A DNA stretch of 64,000 nucleotides from an uncultured Verrucomicrobiae bacterium (GCA_963834385.1 CAWIBO010000005.1:288001-352000); one strand, 5' to 3'. Counted from the first letter of the stretch, positions 31,824 to 42,163 are shown. Made by a program: numbers and translations. Notes: generated from the sequence alone by a model not told the origin.

Positions 31824-32922
31824 ACGTGTTGCATCCCGCGAACTGTATCGGTCCCAGCACCTCCTTCAGTGCTTCCAGTTCATTGCCAAATTCCCTGCCC
31901 ATACGCAATCGTGTTGCGACACAATCGAAAAACAGGGCCACGCCGGGCGGATGTCCGTGGAGCTGTTCCACTGCGGCGATCGTTGCCTTGCTCGCGGCTT
32001 CCCGGGCGGAAGCGGAGTCCGTGCTCATGATGTTCACGGTGACGCCTTCAGGAATCTCCGCAGCCAGGAGAATGGAACCGTCGGGATTCACCGCCAGGGG
32101 AACACGCAGCTTGTAGCCGTCGCCGGTATCGATGCCGAGGATGTTGTGGAGAAAGAAAGGCATCGGATCGGCACGGTCGAACTTTTGCCCCGTCGCCTCC
32201 GCATACTCCTGGTAAACCTCGAGGATCGGTGTGGCGTTCAGACTGGTGAGGACGGCGCCGTTAGCTTCCGTGACCCGCATCGGACTGGAGGCAGGCGACC
32301 AGCCGTGGCGAACGCCGATGCCAATCGGGCGCTCGGATATGATCTCGAGCGCGACGGCGGCATCATGGGCCACCTCCGTCCCGAGGAACACCTGGGTATG
32401 TTTGAAGTTCGCGTCGTCGCCGGCGCCGCCGCCAAAGAACTGGTGGCTGCCGCCGGTGGTGAGCGTGAGTTCCTCAATCAACTCGTCAGCATGCCCGGCG
32501 AGCGCGTCGGTCAGAATAAGGGCGGCGCAATATTCGTTCGATGACTGCTGGCCGCATCGGAAGTTGCGCACCATGTCTGCGGCGGCCGTTTTCCGGCTTT
32601 TGCCGATGCCGCGCCCGATGCCGGCGGCAAATTGGAGGCTGGAAGAGCGGAAGGCGACGGCGCAAGCCTTGCCCTCTCCCTGGGTCTGGTCGGTGAACTC
32701 ACCCGCAGAGGAGCACCCGACAATCAGGGTGACGCCGCTCGTTTGCATGACGCCCTGCACCAGCTCGCCCGCTTCGTAGCGCGGGGAGACAAAGAGGATG
32801 ACAGCGTCCGCGACTTCACCCCCGAGTCCCGACTTGATCTGCCGCCCGAGATCTTCGCCGGCCGAACGACTCGCGGCCGCTTCCGTGTAGACGACAATGC
32901 TTCGCGTGCCTTGCATTTGCAT
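31744..32922 (-). CDS. Stand-alone FIST N/C domain protein (NosP-like)
   Basis: GCSSAGEF, FGGGAGD, HGW, FDCVAT and G..TYG...FHN motifs. Confidence 0.9.
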   Translation of the reverse strand: MQMQGTRSIVVYTEAAASRSAGEDLGRQIKSGLGGEVADAVILFVSPRYEAGELVQGVMQTSGVTLIVGCSSAGEFTDQTQGEGKACAVAFRSSSLQFAAGIGRGIGKSRKTAAADMVRNFRCGQQSSNEYCAALILTDALAGHADELIEELTLTTGGSHQFFGGGAGDDANFKHTQVFLGTEVAHDAAVALEIISERPIGIGVRHGWSPASSPMRVTEANGAVLTSLNATPILEVYQEYAEATGQKFDRADPMPFFLHNILGIDTGDGYKLRVPLAVNPDGSILLAAEIPEGVTVNIMSTDSASAREAASKATIAAVEQLHGHPPGVALFFDCVATRLRMGREFGNELEALKEVLGPIQFAGCNTYGQVARTAGQFNGFHNCTAVVCVFPA

Positions 32923-33037
32923 GGGCTGAGTGTCGCCGCGGTTCCCCTGTGTTCAACCGATATCATCCGGGCCACGGGACGCGCTGCGGAACCTGGCGAC
33001 AGTTGACACGTTTGGGCTCTCGCGCAGATGATCAGGC

Positions 33038-33355
33038 ATGAACAAGCGGTTTTGCATTCTTCTCGGCGTAATGGTGTTTCTGCTTAATGGCGGGGTGGCA
33101 TGGGCCGCGGAACACGAGTTTCGTTACAAGGCACCGGAGGCGACGAGCGTCGAGCTGATGTGCGAGCACAACGGCTGGAAAGCGGTGTCGATGACCAAGG
33201 GCGACGACGGGGTCTGGACGGTGAAAGTGGATCTCCCCGAGGGGACCCACGCCTACAAGTTCCTGGTCAACGGCAAGGACTGGGTTTTTGACCCGGACAA
33301 TTCGGCGAAAAAGACGGTGGACGGAAACGAGAACTCGGCGGTCGAGATCAAATAG
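33038..33355 (+). CDS. Secreted CBM48/AMPK-beta-like glycogen-binding domain protein
   Basis: Signal peptide; NGW, GVW, YKFLVNG.W..DP and GNENS motifs. Confidence 0.85.
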   Translation: MNKRFCILLGVMVFLLNGGVAWAAEHEFRYKAPEATSVELMCEHNGWKAVSMTKGDDGVWTVKVDLPEGTHAYKFLVNGKDWVFDPDNSAKKTVDGNENSAVEIK

Positions 33356-33382
33356 AGGCCGGGCGCGGGCCTTGCCTCCTGG

Positions 33383-34645
33383 CTATTCTTCCGCCGGCCC
33401 GGACGCGGGTGGCCCCGAGGCAGGTTTGTTCTCGTCCAGGAACGCCCGGGCGATATCGGCCGAGAGATGGAGCAGGGCGCCGGAACCGCCCGTAAGAGCG
33501 TTGCCGCAGACCGCGACGACGATCTCTTTCTCGGGCGCGACCATGAGCATGCATTCGGAGCCGAGCGCGGTGCCGCCGTGATGAATGATGGGAGTGGTGG
33601 TGGCGGCTCCCTTGGGTATGCCCATGGTGCCCTGCCGCCAGCCCAGGGCGTAGTGCTGGGAATTCAGCTCGCCGTTCGGCAGCTTGCGCGGCGTCGTCAT
33701 TTCCGTGAGGGCCGCAGCCGAGAGAACTCCGCCGGCCCAGGTTCGGCCGGCAAACTGCACGAGGTCGCGCGGGGTCGAGGCGAGACCGCCCCCGGCCCAT
33801 TTGTAACTCGAATCACTTGCCGGGGCCGGCATGACTCCGGCCCCACGAAAGCCGAGAAAGCTTTCTGCCAGGCGCGCCGGTGGCGGCGATTTTCGGTTCA
33901 GCCCGGTGGCCTCCAGCTCGAGGGGAACAAAAAGGAGGCGCGCCATGAGCGACGAAAAATCCTCCTTGGTGGCGGCCTCCATCACCCGGCTGGCAAGGGA
34001 ATAGCCAAAGGTGGAGTAGTTGAACGAGGTGTCCGGCTGAAAAAGGAGCGGATCATCCAGGAAAACCGAGAGACCTTCCTCCACCGTGGGGAAAGGCTTG
34101 TTCAAGCCGTTCTCGCTGAAGAAAGGCGGGATCCAGGCGCGCCGGTAATGGCGCACACCGGCCTGGTGCGAGAGAAGCTGGCGCATGGTGACTTTCCCAT
34201 ATTCAGCCGGCAGGTCGGGCAGCCAGGTGGAAATCGGCGCGTCGAGCGTAAGCACGCCCTGCTCAACGAGGATCATGGCCGCGGTGGCCGTCAGCGCCTT
34301 GGAGACACTCCCGATCGGGTATTGCGTGTCGACCGTGGCGGCGACCGGATCGTTGATGGCGGCCCAGCCGATTGATTCCTGCCAGAGCAGCTCGTTTCTG
34401 CGCGCGATTGCGACCGAGAGGGAGGGATAGGAAACGTCGCGCCGCAATGTTTCGACGAAGCCGCGGGAGGCCGCGATCGCGTTCGTGTGCGCGGCCGAAG
34501 CGGTGCCGGTGTCGCGGGGCGGGGGATTTGCGCCCTCCGGAAGCGGCTGGATGGCGGAGACCAGCCATCCGACGAGTCCGAGGACGAGAAGGACGATGAA
34601 CGCAAGGAGGGAGAGGAAAGGGTGGCGTCGGAGAATGCTTTTCAT
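33383..34645 (-). CDS. Serine hydrolase (beta-lactamase family)
   Basis: N-terminal TM; SVSK, LLSHQAG, YST and HGG motifs. Confidence 0.9.
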   Translation of the reverse strand: MKSILRRHPFLSLLAFIVLLVLGLVGWLVSAIQPLPEGANPPPRDTGTASAAHTNAIAASRGFVETLRRDVSYPSLSVAIARRNELLWQESIGWAAINDPVAATVDTQYPIGSVSKALTATAAMILVEQGVLTLDAPISTWLPDLPAEYGKVTMRQLLSHQAGVRHYRRAWIPPFFSENGLNKPFPTVEEGLSVFLDDPLLFQPDTSFNYSTFGYSLASRVMEAATKEDFSSLMARLLFVPLELEATGLNRKSPPPARLAESFLGFRGAGVMPAPASDSSYKWAGGGLASTPRDLVQFAGRTWAGGVLSAAALTEMTTPRKLPNGELNSQHYALGWRQGTMGIPKGAATTTPIIHHGGTALGSECMLMVAPEKEIVVAVCGNALTGGSGALLHLSADIARAFLDENKPASGPPASGPAEE

Positions 34646-34783
34646 TGAGGGACGCGAGTGAACCGAAGGGGGAGGCAGTTAGCAAGAGAATGAAATGCCT
34701 GACTAACGGCCGGCGGTGCGGGACTGGCAGGGCGATGGCGTGGTGACCCGCCGTGCATGGGTCTTTGTCCTCCAAAATTCAGC

Positions 34784-34818
34784 AGGCCGCCCGGGCACTG
34801 GGACCTGGGCGGCCTTTT
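34784..34818. terminator. GC hairpin, putative terminator
   Basis: AGGCCGCCCGGG...CCTGGGCGGCCT stem near the DUF4440 stop. Confidence 0.45.
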
Positions 34819-34836
34819 CCTGAACTTGAGACGGCC

Positions 34837-35328
34837 TTATTTAGGCAGCGGATCGGACGCGAAGTTGGCGTGAACCAGCGTCCACTTGTTATCCTTCTTC
34901 ACGTAGATGCGGGTTGATTTCGCACGGTTCGGCGTGGTCTTGCCGTCCTTGTCGATGGTCATGCCCGCGTAGTTGTAGGTCAGGATGGCAGTATCGCCAT
35001 TGTAGACCTGCACTTTCGGATTGAGCATCTCGGCGGCGATGCCTTTGCCGGCGTCTTTCGCGGCCCCCTCGGCCAGACGCGAATTAAGGGCCTTGCCGTC
35101 CACGCGGGTGGCGAAGTCGCCGTTGAATTCCGTGTAGTCTTCCGACATGTCCTTGGACTGCTCGGCGACATTGGCCGGGTCTTTCATTGCCGCGGCCCAC
35201 TGGGCCTTGGCCATGGCAATGACGGCGTCAGCGATGGCCTGGTCTCCCTGCGCTTGCGCGGAAGAGTTGGTAGGCCACGCGCTGCAGCAGAGCGACGTGA
35301 TGGTGATGAGAACGAGTTTTTTGATCAT
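34837..35328 (-). CDS. Secreted DUF4440/NTF2-like protein
   Basis: Signal peptide; GDTAILTY and STRIYVK...WTLVHANF motifs. Confidence 0.85.
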   Translation of the reverse strand: MIKKLVLITITSLCCSAWPTNSSAQAQGDQAIADAVIAMAKAQWAAAMKDPANVAEQSKDMSEDYTEFNGDFATRVDGKALNSRLAEGAAKDAGKGIAAEMLNPKVQVYNGDTAILTYNYAGMTIDKDGKTTPNRAKSTRIYVKKDNKWTLVHANFASDPLPK

Positions 35329-35525
35329 CGATTTTTCTTTCCGGGGTATGCCCCCTTGGCGGCGGGACCAGGCCGATATTTTCTGCAGCAGTCGACAAGG
35401 TCCTAAACTATTGCCGCTGAACCGGTAACAATACCGGATGCTCGCTTGGAAAAGCGTTGAGTCCGGTATGAGACCGAAAGAAGGATGAGTCAATACAATT
35501 GCCCGGAACGGTTCTTTCTCCTCTA

Positions 35526-36194
35526 ATGAGCGGCGTGCTACCGGCGGTGATCGAGAAACAACGGCGGGCGTCGCCCTGTGTGACGCCGCAGGCGCTGGCC
35601 TGGGACGGGCAGGGGATGCTCCTCAGTTCGCGCGACCTCGGCACGCTTTACCGGATCGATTGCCAGCAATGGAAGGTGGTGGAAGAGATCGATCCACCGG
35701 GGGTGGTCTGGGCCGCGGTGCTGACCAACGACGGCTGGCGGCTGACGCTGGGCAAGGGGTTGAACGATGACCGGTATGTTTATCGTTACACGCGGGAGGA
35801 AGGTTTTCGGCGGCTCTTTGCCTGCCCGGAATTTACCGGCTCCTACCTGAGTTGTGACGGCGAGAACCTGCATCTCAGCCAATGGTATAAAGGCGAGATT
35901 CATCGCATGGATGGCGGGGCAATTTCCTCCACCATCCCGGTCGAAGCCGAAATCTGCGGGCATGCCTTTGTCGACGGTGCGCTTTACGTCCTGCGCGGAA
36001 AGGAAAACAAGGAGGTCCCGGGGGCCGCGGAAGAATGGCGCCTCGCCCGGGTTGATCTTGATGGAGCGTCGGTCCGGGTGACGGACCTCGCCACGATCCC
36101 ATTTGCTGCGCGCTCTCTCACCCACGACGGCGCCTTGTTCTGGTCGAACCACCGGGCGGCGAACGAGGTGGTCGGGTTTTCCCTGCCGGATTGA
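35526..36194 (+). CDS. Hypothetical beta-propeller-like protein
   Basis: PQALAWDG and RSLTHDG..FW repeats. Confidence 0.7.
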   Translation: MSGVLPAVIEKQRRASPCVTPQALAWDGQGMLLSSRDLGTLYRIDCQQWKVVEEIDPPGVVWAAVLTNDGWRLTLGKGLNDDRYVYRYTREEGFRRLFACPEFTGSYLSCDGENLHLSQWYKGEIHRMDGGAISSTIPVEAEICGHAFVDGALYVLRGKENKEVPGAAEEWRLARVDLDGASVRVTDLATIPFAARSLTHDGALFWSNHRAANEVVGFSLPD

Positions 36195-36272
36195 TGTTCC
36201 GGAGGCTGCGCGCACCCAAAGTCGATCGGTTGCGGCCCCCTGGTTTCCGCCTGATGATCGTCGCCTGAAAAG

Positions 36273-36833
36273 ATGAAATTCTTTGCCATCGGGACGGCCT
36301 GGCTGGCGGGCGCCATCATGTTTGGCGCTTCCGGGGCGCTGGGGGCGATGCCCCCGCCGGTGCCGCAACTGATTATCCTGGCCCTGACGGCGGGACTGGT
36401 CCTGGCGGCAAAGCTGAAGGGCGATTTCGCGGTCTGGTTGCGCGAGGTCGACCTGCGCCTGGTGATTGGCCTGCACCTGAGCCGGTTCGTCGGTTTTTAT
36501 TTTCTCCATCTCTATGGGCAGGGAGAGCTTCCCTACGCCTTTGCCGTGCCGGGCGGTTGGGGCGACATCGTGGTGGCCGTGCTGGCGTCGGGCATTCTGC
36601 TTGGCTGGTCTTATTTTGCGCGTCACCGGGGCTGGTTGCGACTCTGGAACGTGGTCGGCCTGGTCGATATCCTGGCGGTGGTCATCACGGCCGGCCGCTG
36701 CGCCACGGCCGACCCCGGGTCGATGGCGGCGCTGCTGCGGCTACCGCTCAGCCTCTTGCCCACTTTCCTCGTCCCATTGATTGTGGCGAGCCATCTTCTT
36801 GTCTTCCAGCGGCTGCGCGCGGCTCGCCTTTAG
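36273..36833 (+). CDS. Hypothetical membrane protein
   Basis: Multiple TM segments; GWGDI, WNVVGLVD and PTFLVP. Confidence 0.75.
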   Translation: MKFFAIGTAWLAGAIMFGASGALGAMPPPVPQLIILALTAGLVLAAKLKGDFAVWLREVDLRLVIGLHLSRFVGFYFLHLYGQGELPYAFAVPGGWGDIVVAVLASGILLGWSYFARHRGWLRLWNVVGLVDILAVVITAGRCATADPGSMAALLRLPLSLLPTFLVPLIVASHLLVFQRLRAARL

Positions 36834-37864
36834 TTCAAGGCAAGGCGACGGCGTCTCACGCTGCGCCGGGTGCGCCCAGGCCCAATAGGCTCGAGCAAGC
36901 CGCGTTCGCTTAGGCGGGTGACGGCGCGTTGAATCATCCCGTAACCGAAGTGGCCCTGCGGCACCGTGATCAGTTCCGAACCGGCCCAGGCTTCGCGCAG
37001 CGCCTCGAGGTCGTGCAGCCGAACCACGCGGTCGTAAACGCCCCCGACGATGATGGTGCGGCCGGTGATGTCGGCGCCCGGCGGCGTGTGCAAAGGCGAA
37101 GAAAGGTGGGCGTGCCGGTCGAGCAACGCGCGTTCGAGCCGGGCCCGGGCGAGATGATGCCGGAGCGTCCAGCTGGTGGGACCTTCATAAAGGGCATGGC
37201 CCGGGTTCACCATCGGCGCGAGCAGGGCCAGGAACCGCAGATCGGGTTCGAGACAGCCAAGAAGAGAGCCGACCCAGCCGCCGTAGCTGGTGCCGAGAAG
37301 GCCGATCCCGGCCGACCCGCGCATCCGCAACCAGGCCATGAGCTGACGTGCTTCCACCACGGCCTGCCGCACCGTGTCGCCCGTGAGGACCAGATCCGCC
37401 GTGCAGCAAAGTTCGCCATTGAGATGGCCGCGCGGCCGGCGCGAATAATGGAACGGCAGATGGAGAAACGCGGCATTCCAGCCGAGCGCGTTGAAGCGGC
37501 GCGCCCAGCGCACATAGCCGGTGTCGGAGACCGACATGAGCGCATGCAGCATGAGAACAGTGGGAGCCTCCGGGCGGACCTCAAAGAGGTGGGCGCGGGC
37601 ACGTCCGTTGACGGGAAATTCACCGAGGGAGAGCGCCGGGCTCTGCCAGGTGATGACGCCGGGCGCCTCCTCCCGGAGATCGTCCATCGCCGGAGGCAGG
37701 GCGAAATGCCGCGGGCGATCCTCGGCTTCGCAGGCCGAGAGATAACGGTCAACCGCCTCGAGGGAGGAGACCCGCCCGGCGTGTCGCCGGTGGACAAGGG
37801 CAAGCGTGCCGCAAAGAAGGTGATCGACCAGCACGCCGAAACTGCGGTTGAGCATCGCCCTCAT
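36830..37864 (-). CDS. Alpha/beta hydrolase family protein
   Basis: GTSYGG nucleophile, YDRVV and GH; ATGA-coupled to the acyltransferase. Confidence 0.82.
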   Translation of the reverse strand: MRAMLNRSFGVLVDHLLCGTLALVHRRHAGRVSSLEAVDRYLSACEAEDRPRHFALPPAMDDLREEAPGVITWQSPALSLGEFPVNGRARAHLFEVRPEAPTVLMLHALMSVSDTGYVRWARRFNALGWNAAFLHLPFHYSRRPRGHLNGELCCTADLVLTGDTVRQAVVEARQLMAWLRMRGSAGIGLLGTSYGGWVGSLLGCLEPDLRFLALLAPMVNPGHALYEGPTSWTLRHHLARARLERALLDRHAHLSSPLHTPPGADITGRTIIVGGVYDRVVRLHDLEALREAWAGSELITVPQGHFGYGMIQRAVTRLSERGLLEPIGPGRTRRSVRRRRLALN

Positions 37865-38562
37865 GATTCGGTTGCGCGGGATGGTTGTCCGCGCCGCTCC
37901 TGCGGCGTGAGCGGCCAATCGTCCGGTTGCAGCGCGAAATGGCGGCCGGCGGTCGCGGCCAGTTCGCGCAGGACCATGGCCAGCCGCTCGTCGGCCTCGT
38001 CGCTGTCGAGCTCGGCCACCGAGAACGGGGCGCCGATGGCAACCCAAACCGGGACGCGCGGCGGACCGGGGAGCCAACTGCGGGTGGCGTAGAGCCGGTC
38101 CGAGCCGAGGACAAGACAGGGCAGGAGGGGAACGCCGGCGAGACGGGCGAGCGCGGTGGCGCCGCGGCGGGGTGGGGCGCCGCCAAGGATGGAAGTGGCG
38201 CCGGCGCGAATGCCGCCCTCGGGAAAAACGCCGACCAAACGTCCGGCCTGGAGGCGGGCCACCCCATCGCGGAGAGAGCGGCGATCAGGGCGGGAACGAT
38301 CTACCGGGAAGGTATCGACCGCGCGGAGCCAGGACCCGATGACCGGAATGGAGTAAAACTCCGACGTCGTCATCCAATCGATCCGGCGTTGCAGCACGGG
38401 CGTGAGAAAGAAGGGATCGAAGTGCGAGATGTGGTTGGAAACGAGGACAGCGCCGCCGGCAGGCTCAACCGCGCCCGGTGTTTTCCAGACCTGCAGCCGG
38501 ACGAACGGTTTCAGCATCCAATGCCCCGCCTGTCCCGAGATGCGATAGGCCAGTGCGCTCAC
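37861..38562 (-). CDS. Lysophospholipid acyltransferase (PlsC family)
   Basis: NHISHFD (HX4D) and FPEG motifs. Confidence 0.92.
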   Translation of the reverse strand: MSALAYRISGQAGHWMLKPFVRLQVWKTPGAVEPAGGAVLVSNHISHFDPFFLTPVLQRRIDWMTTSEFYSIPVIGSWLRAVDTFPVDRSRPDRRSLRDGVARLQAGRLVGVFPEGGIRAGATSILGGAPPRRGATALARLAGVPLLPCLVLGSDRLYATRSWLPGPPRVPVWVAIGAPFSVAELDSDEADERLAMVLRELAATAGRHFALQPDDWPLTPQERRGQPSRATES

Positions 38563-38624
38563 CGTCCGTTCCTAGCGGAACCGGGGAGGGCAGCACAGAA
38601 AAATTCCGGCGCGCGCGAAAGGGG

Positions 38625-38948
38625 TCAGCGGGCGGCCGACATGCTGTAGCCGTTGCGTGCGCCGTCCTTGGACCTGCGCGCCGACGGTGCTGAAAGCGGG
38701 AAACGAAGCGCGGTGGATTCGGGGAGAAACTGGTGGGTTCGCAGGTGGCGATTGGAGATGAACCAGATCTGGTCTTCGTCGTTGGAAAGAATGAAGAAAG
38801 CCTCGCCGCTCTCGGAGAGTGAGAAGGCCCCGAGGACAAGGTAAGCCGTGTCCGGGGAGAACCCATGCTCGAGCGGCCGGGGGGCCGGGGCAGGCGGTCC
38901 CTCCATCTCCTCGATGGTGACGTAAAGACCGGGATTAATCGAGATCAC
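38625..38948 (-). CDS. Hypothetical protein
   Basis: Protein-like ORF (SESGEAFFILSNDEDQIWFISNRHLR) in the same direction as its neighbours. Confidence 0.65.
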   Translation of the reverse strand: MISINPGLYVTIEEMEGPPAPAPRPLEHGFSPDTAYLVLGAFSLSESGEAFFILSNDEDQIWFISNRHLRTHQFLPESTALRFPLSAPSARRSKDGARNGYSMSAAR

Positions 38949-39007
38949 ATAAGGTAAACGCTTCCTCCTGCGGTGGCGGATGCACTGCGTTACCCGGTTG
39001 AGTGAGG

Positions 39008-39940
39008 TTATCTTGGGTCGGACGAGGAAGGGTCCGCCGCGCCGGCTTTCTCCGCGGGAATGATGAAGTCGCGGACCACGGCCATGTGCTGCATTTGTTC
39101 GGCGCCGCTGTCGTCGCGCTGGACCGGCGGCACCTCGGCCAGCGCCGGGAAGGTGCGGCTGTCGAAGACGAGGCCGCCCGGGAAACGGGCGGAGCCGAGC
39201 ACCACCGGCGTTTTGTACGGCTCGAGGTCGGCATCGGCCAGAATCCAGTCATAGGGATGGTTCCGTTTCGCGTTGGTCCCTTCGATCCCGCGTTCGTCCA
39301 CGGGGAACGGCGGGGCCACGACCAGCACGGCGGCAAGCGCCCGGACGCAGCTCTCGAGACGCGAGGTGGTGTTGAAATCGCCGCCCAAGACCAGAAAATC
39401 GCGCTCGGGCACATGCTGGCGAATGAAGCGGAGCAGGGCGTCCGCCTCATCCGCGCGGCGGCCCGGTTTCCGGGCCAGGAAATGGACCGAGATCACCCAA
39501 AGATCGCGGTCGCCGGGGAGGTCAAGACGCGCCCAGGCAAAATCGCGGTTGGTTACTTCCGGGTCGTCCCATTCGCCCGAGGCGAGGATCGGCCAGCGAC
39601 TGACAATGCCGTTCGGGATCTCGCCTTCCTCGCGGTAGACAAAAAACTCCGGACCGAAAACGGCGCGCACCCAGCCTTTCAGGGCGGCATCACTCTTGTC
39701 GCCGATGTTCATTTCCTGGATGAGCGCGACGTCCGGTCGCAACGCCTGGAGAATCCGGCTGCCATGGCCGGGATCGTAGGATTGATAACGTCCGCTGGTC
39801 AGGTTGCCGGTGACGATGCGAAGGCGGGTGCCGGCTTCCCCGGCCGGGGCCGGTATGGGCCAAAACGCGAGGCCGAGCAGGAGAAGCGCGGCGACGCGAC
39901 GAAGAAGAGCCGGCCGGCGGCGGCGCGAGTGAACTGGCAC
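39008..39940 (-). CDS. Secreted endonuclease/exonuclease/phosphatase family protein
   Basis: PDVALIQE, SVH, GGDFN, YDWI and QHMAV motifs. Confidence 0.88.
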   Translation of the reverse strand: MPVHSRRRRPALLRRVAALLLLGLAFWPIPAPAGEAGTRLRIVTGNLTSGRYQSYDPGHGSRILQALRPDVALIQEMNIGDKSDAALKGWVRAVFGPEFFVYREEGEIPNGIVSRWPILASGEWDDPEVTNRDFAWARLDLPGDRDLWVISVHFLARKPGRRADEADALLRFIRQHVPERDFLVLGGDFNTTSRLESCVRALAAVLVVAPPFPVDERGIEGTNAKRNHPYDWILADADLEPYKTPVVLGSARFPGGLVFDSRTFPALAEVPPVQRDDSGAEQMQHMAVVRDFIIPAEKAGAADPSSSDPR

Positions 39941-39946
39941 GGGGGT

Positions 39947-40438
39947 TCACGCCGAAGTCTCCTCGAACTCGCCGCGCTCGCGGTTTTTTCGGCAACGATC
40001 CCACGGGAAACATTTGCCGTTCATCGCGATATAAACGCCCGGGGGCAGGGCTTGCACAAACGAGAGCGCGCTCCCGAGATTGAACATCCCATCCGAGCTG
40101 CCAAAGGCGTAAGGGATCATGGCGCCGGTCAGGACCACGGTCTTGTCGCGGACCACGCGGGCCACCGCGGCGGCGGTCTCGACCATGGTGTCGGTGCCAT
40201 GCGTGATCACCACCTGGTTCTCTTCCGCCTGCGCGCAATTCTGCGCGATGAGGGCGCGATCGGCCTCGGACATCTCGAGGCTGTCCACGAGCATGACCGT
40301 GCGAATGTTCACCTCCACCCGGCAACGGCCCAGCTTCAGCATGTCGGCCACGTTTGAGTCCTTGAAATGGAGGCGGCCGGTGAGCTCGTCGTAATCCTTA
40401 TCGAAGGTGCCGCCGGTAACGAGAATGCGAATGGCCAT
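39947..40438 (-). CDS. Short (single-domain) class 1 L-asparaginase
   Basis: TGGTFDK, DS, THGTDTM and TGAM motifs; 163 aa. Confidence 0.9.
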   Translation of the reverse strand: MAIRILVTGGTFDKDYDELTGRLHFKDSNVADMLKLGRCRVEVNIRTVMLVDSLEMSEADRALIAQNCAQAEENQVVITHGTDTMVETAAAVARVVRDKTVVLTGAMIPYAFGSSDGMFNLGSALSFVQALPPGVYIAMNGKCFPWDRCRKNRERGEFEETSA

Positions 40439-40541
40439 GGCCACAGGAAAGCCGACCCGTGAAACGCTGCAAAGCTGAAATGACATCGGCGCGGAGCCCG
40501 GGCCTTGCAACTCCTGCGCGCCGGCGTGATCCTGCCGGGCG

Positions 40542-41252
40542 TTGAAAAGACTGACTTTCCTGGTTCTGCTGGCGTTCGCGTGTGAAAGCGCGCGCGCCAC
40601 GGGCGATGCGGACGCGGCGGCGCGCGCGAGTCTGGCGCGGATAGAGGCGCTGCTGAAGGAAAGACCGGGGGATGGCCTGCTCAAATATTATCAGGCATTG
40701 GCCCATCTTCGGTTGGGCGAGCGCAAAGCGGCTTACGAGCTGCTGCGGGGCCTGGCCGACCGGAAACTCGGGCTTGTGCCGGTGCGTGAGTTCGGTTTTG
40801 CGAGCGTCTGGCAAGACCCGGAATTTCAAAAAATTCGCGACGAACTCGTCCGGAATGAACCCCGGACGCCGCCGTCGCCGGTGGCTTTTCGTCTGACCGA
40901 TCCAAAACTGATTCCCGAGGGAATCGCCTACGACGCGACCGGCGACCGATTTTTCATCGGCAGCACTGCCCAGCGAACAATCATCGTGACCGATGGCCGG
41001 GGGCGGCCCCGGGATTTTTCCGGGCCGGAAGATGGACTGGAGGCGGTGCTCGGGCTGACAATCGATCCAGCGCGAGGACATCTGTATGCGGTCAGCACGA
41101 ACGGATTTTTTGAGCGCGCAAAGACGGAGCGACGCAATGAAGTGGTGCGTTATGACCTGAAGAGCGGACGGGTGGTCGACCGGTTCTCCGCGCCCGAGGC
41201 GCGGCAACTGAACGATCTGGTGGTGGCGGCGGACGGCACCCTCCTCGCGTGA
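40542..41252 (+). pseudogene. SMP-30/gluconolactonase-like propeller protein, truncated
   Basis: Signal peptide, IPEGIAYD and LNDLVVAADG; ends mid-propeller. Confidence 0.65.
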
Positions 41253-41281
41253 CCGATTCCATGGCCTCCTTTTGCGCAACC

Positions 41282-42163
41282 GTGACCACTTCACCCAGGC
41301 TTCTCAGCGCCGCCGTCGGCAACATGCTTCTGGCGACGCTCGCCTTTGCGGTCATGAACGTCTTCGTGAAGCAACTCGACCGGATCCCGGTGATGGAGAT
41401 CGTCTTTTTTCGCTGCCTCGTCTCGGCCGCGCTTTGTTTCGCCGGGCTGCGCCGGGCCGGGCGCGACTGGAAAGGGCACAGCCGGGCCATGCTGATCGCG
41501 CGGGGCAGCTTCGGGACGCTGGCGCTCTTTTTCTTCTTCGTCACGATCCAGAACATGCCGCTGGCGACCGCGGTTACGATCCAATATCTCTCCCCGATCT
41601 TCACCGTCCTCCTTGGCGTGTTCCTGCTCGGGGAAAAAGTGCGCCCGTGGCAATGGCTCTTTTACGCGCTCGCCTTTGCCGGCGTGCTCGTGATCAAGGG
41701 ATTCGATCCGCGCATCTCAACCTTTTACCTGCTCGTCGGCATTCTCTCGGCGCTCTTCTCCGGGGTCGCCTACAACCTGGTGCGACGGCTGCGGGAACGC
41801 GAACATCCGCTCGTGGTGGTCCTGCATTTCCAGCTCGTCGGCGTGGTCGCCGGCCTGCTTTTCACCCTTTTCCAGTGGACCACGCCGACGCCGTGGGAAG
41901 GGTTCAGCCTCTTCATGTGCGGCGTGCTCACGCAGGTGGGCCAGCTTTGCCTGACCAAAGCGCTCCAGGCCGAGGCGGTGGCCAACGTCTCGATTCTCAA
42001 TTACACCGGGCTGATCTACGCGTTTGCCTTTGGCGTGCTCCTCTTCGGCGAACGTTACACCGGCACGGTGATCCTCGGGAGCGCGCTGGTCGTGGTCGGC
42101 GTGGTCTGCAGCGTCCTTTACAGCCGGCGCAAACGCCTGGCTGTGGCCGGCGCCGCGGCCTGA
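41282..42163 (+). CDS. DMT/EamA-family transporter
   Basis: About 10 TM; FFR, PLATAVTIQYLSPIF and LLGEK motifs. Confidence 0.92.
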   Translation: MTTSPRLLSAAVGNMLLATLAFAVMNVFVKQLDRIPVMEIVFFRCLVSAALCFAGLRRAGRDWKGHSRAMLIARGSFGTLALFFFFVTIQNMPLATAVTIQYLSPIFTVLLGVFLLGEKVRPWQWLFYALAFAGVLVIKGFDPRISTFYLLVGILSALFSGVAYNLVRRLREREHPLVVVLHFQLVGVVAGLLFTLFQWTTPTPWEGFSLFMCGVLTQVGQLCLTKALQAEAVANVSILNYTGLIYAFAFGVLLFGERYTGTVILGSALVVVGVVCSVLYSRRKRLAVAGAAA

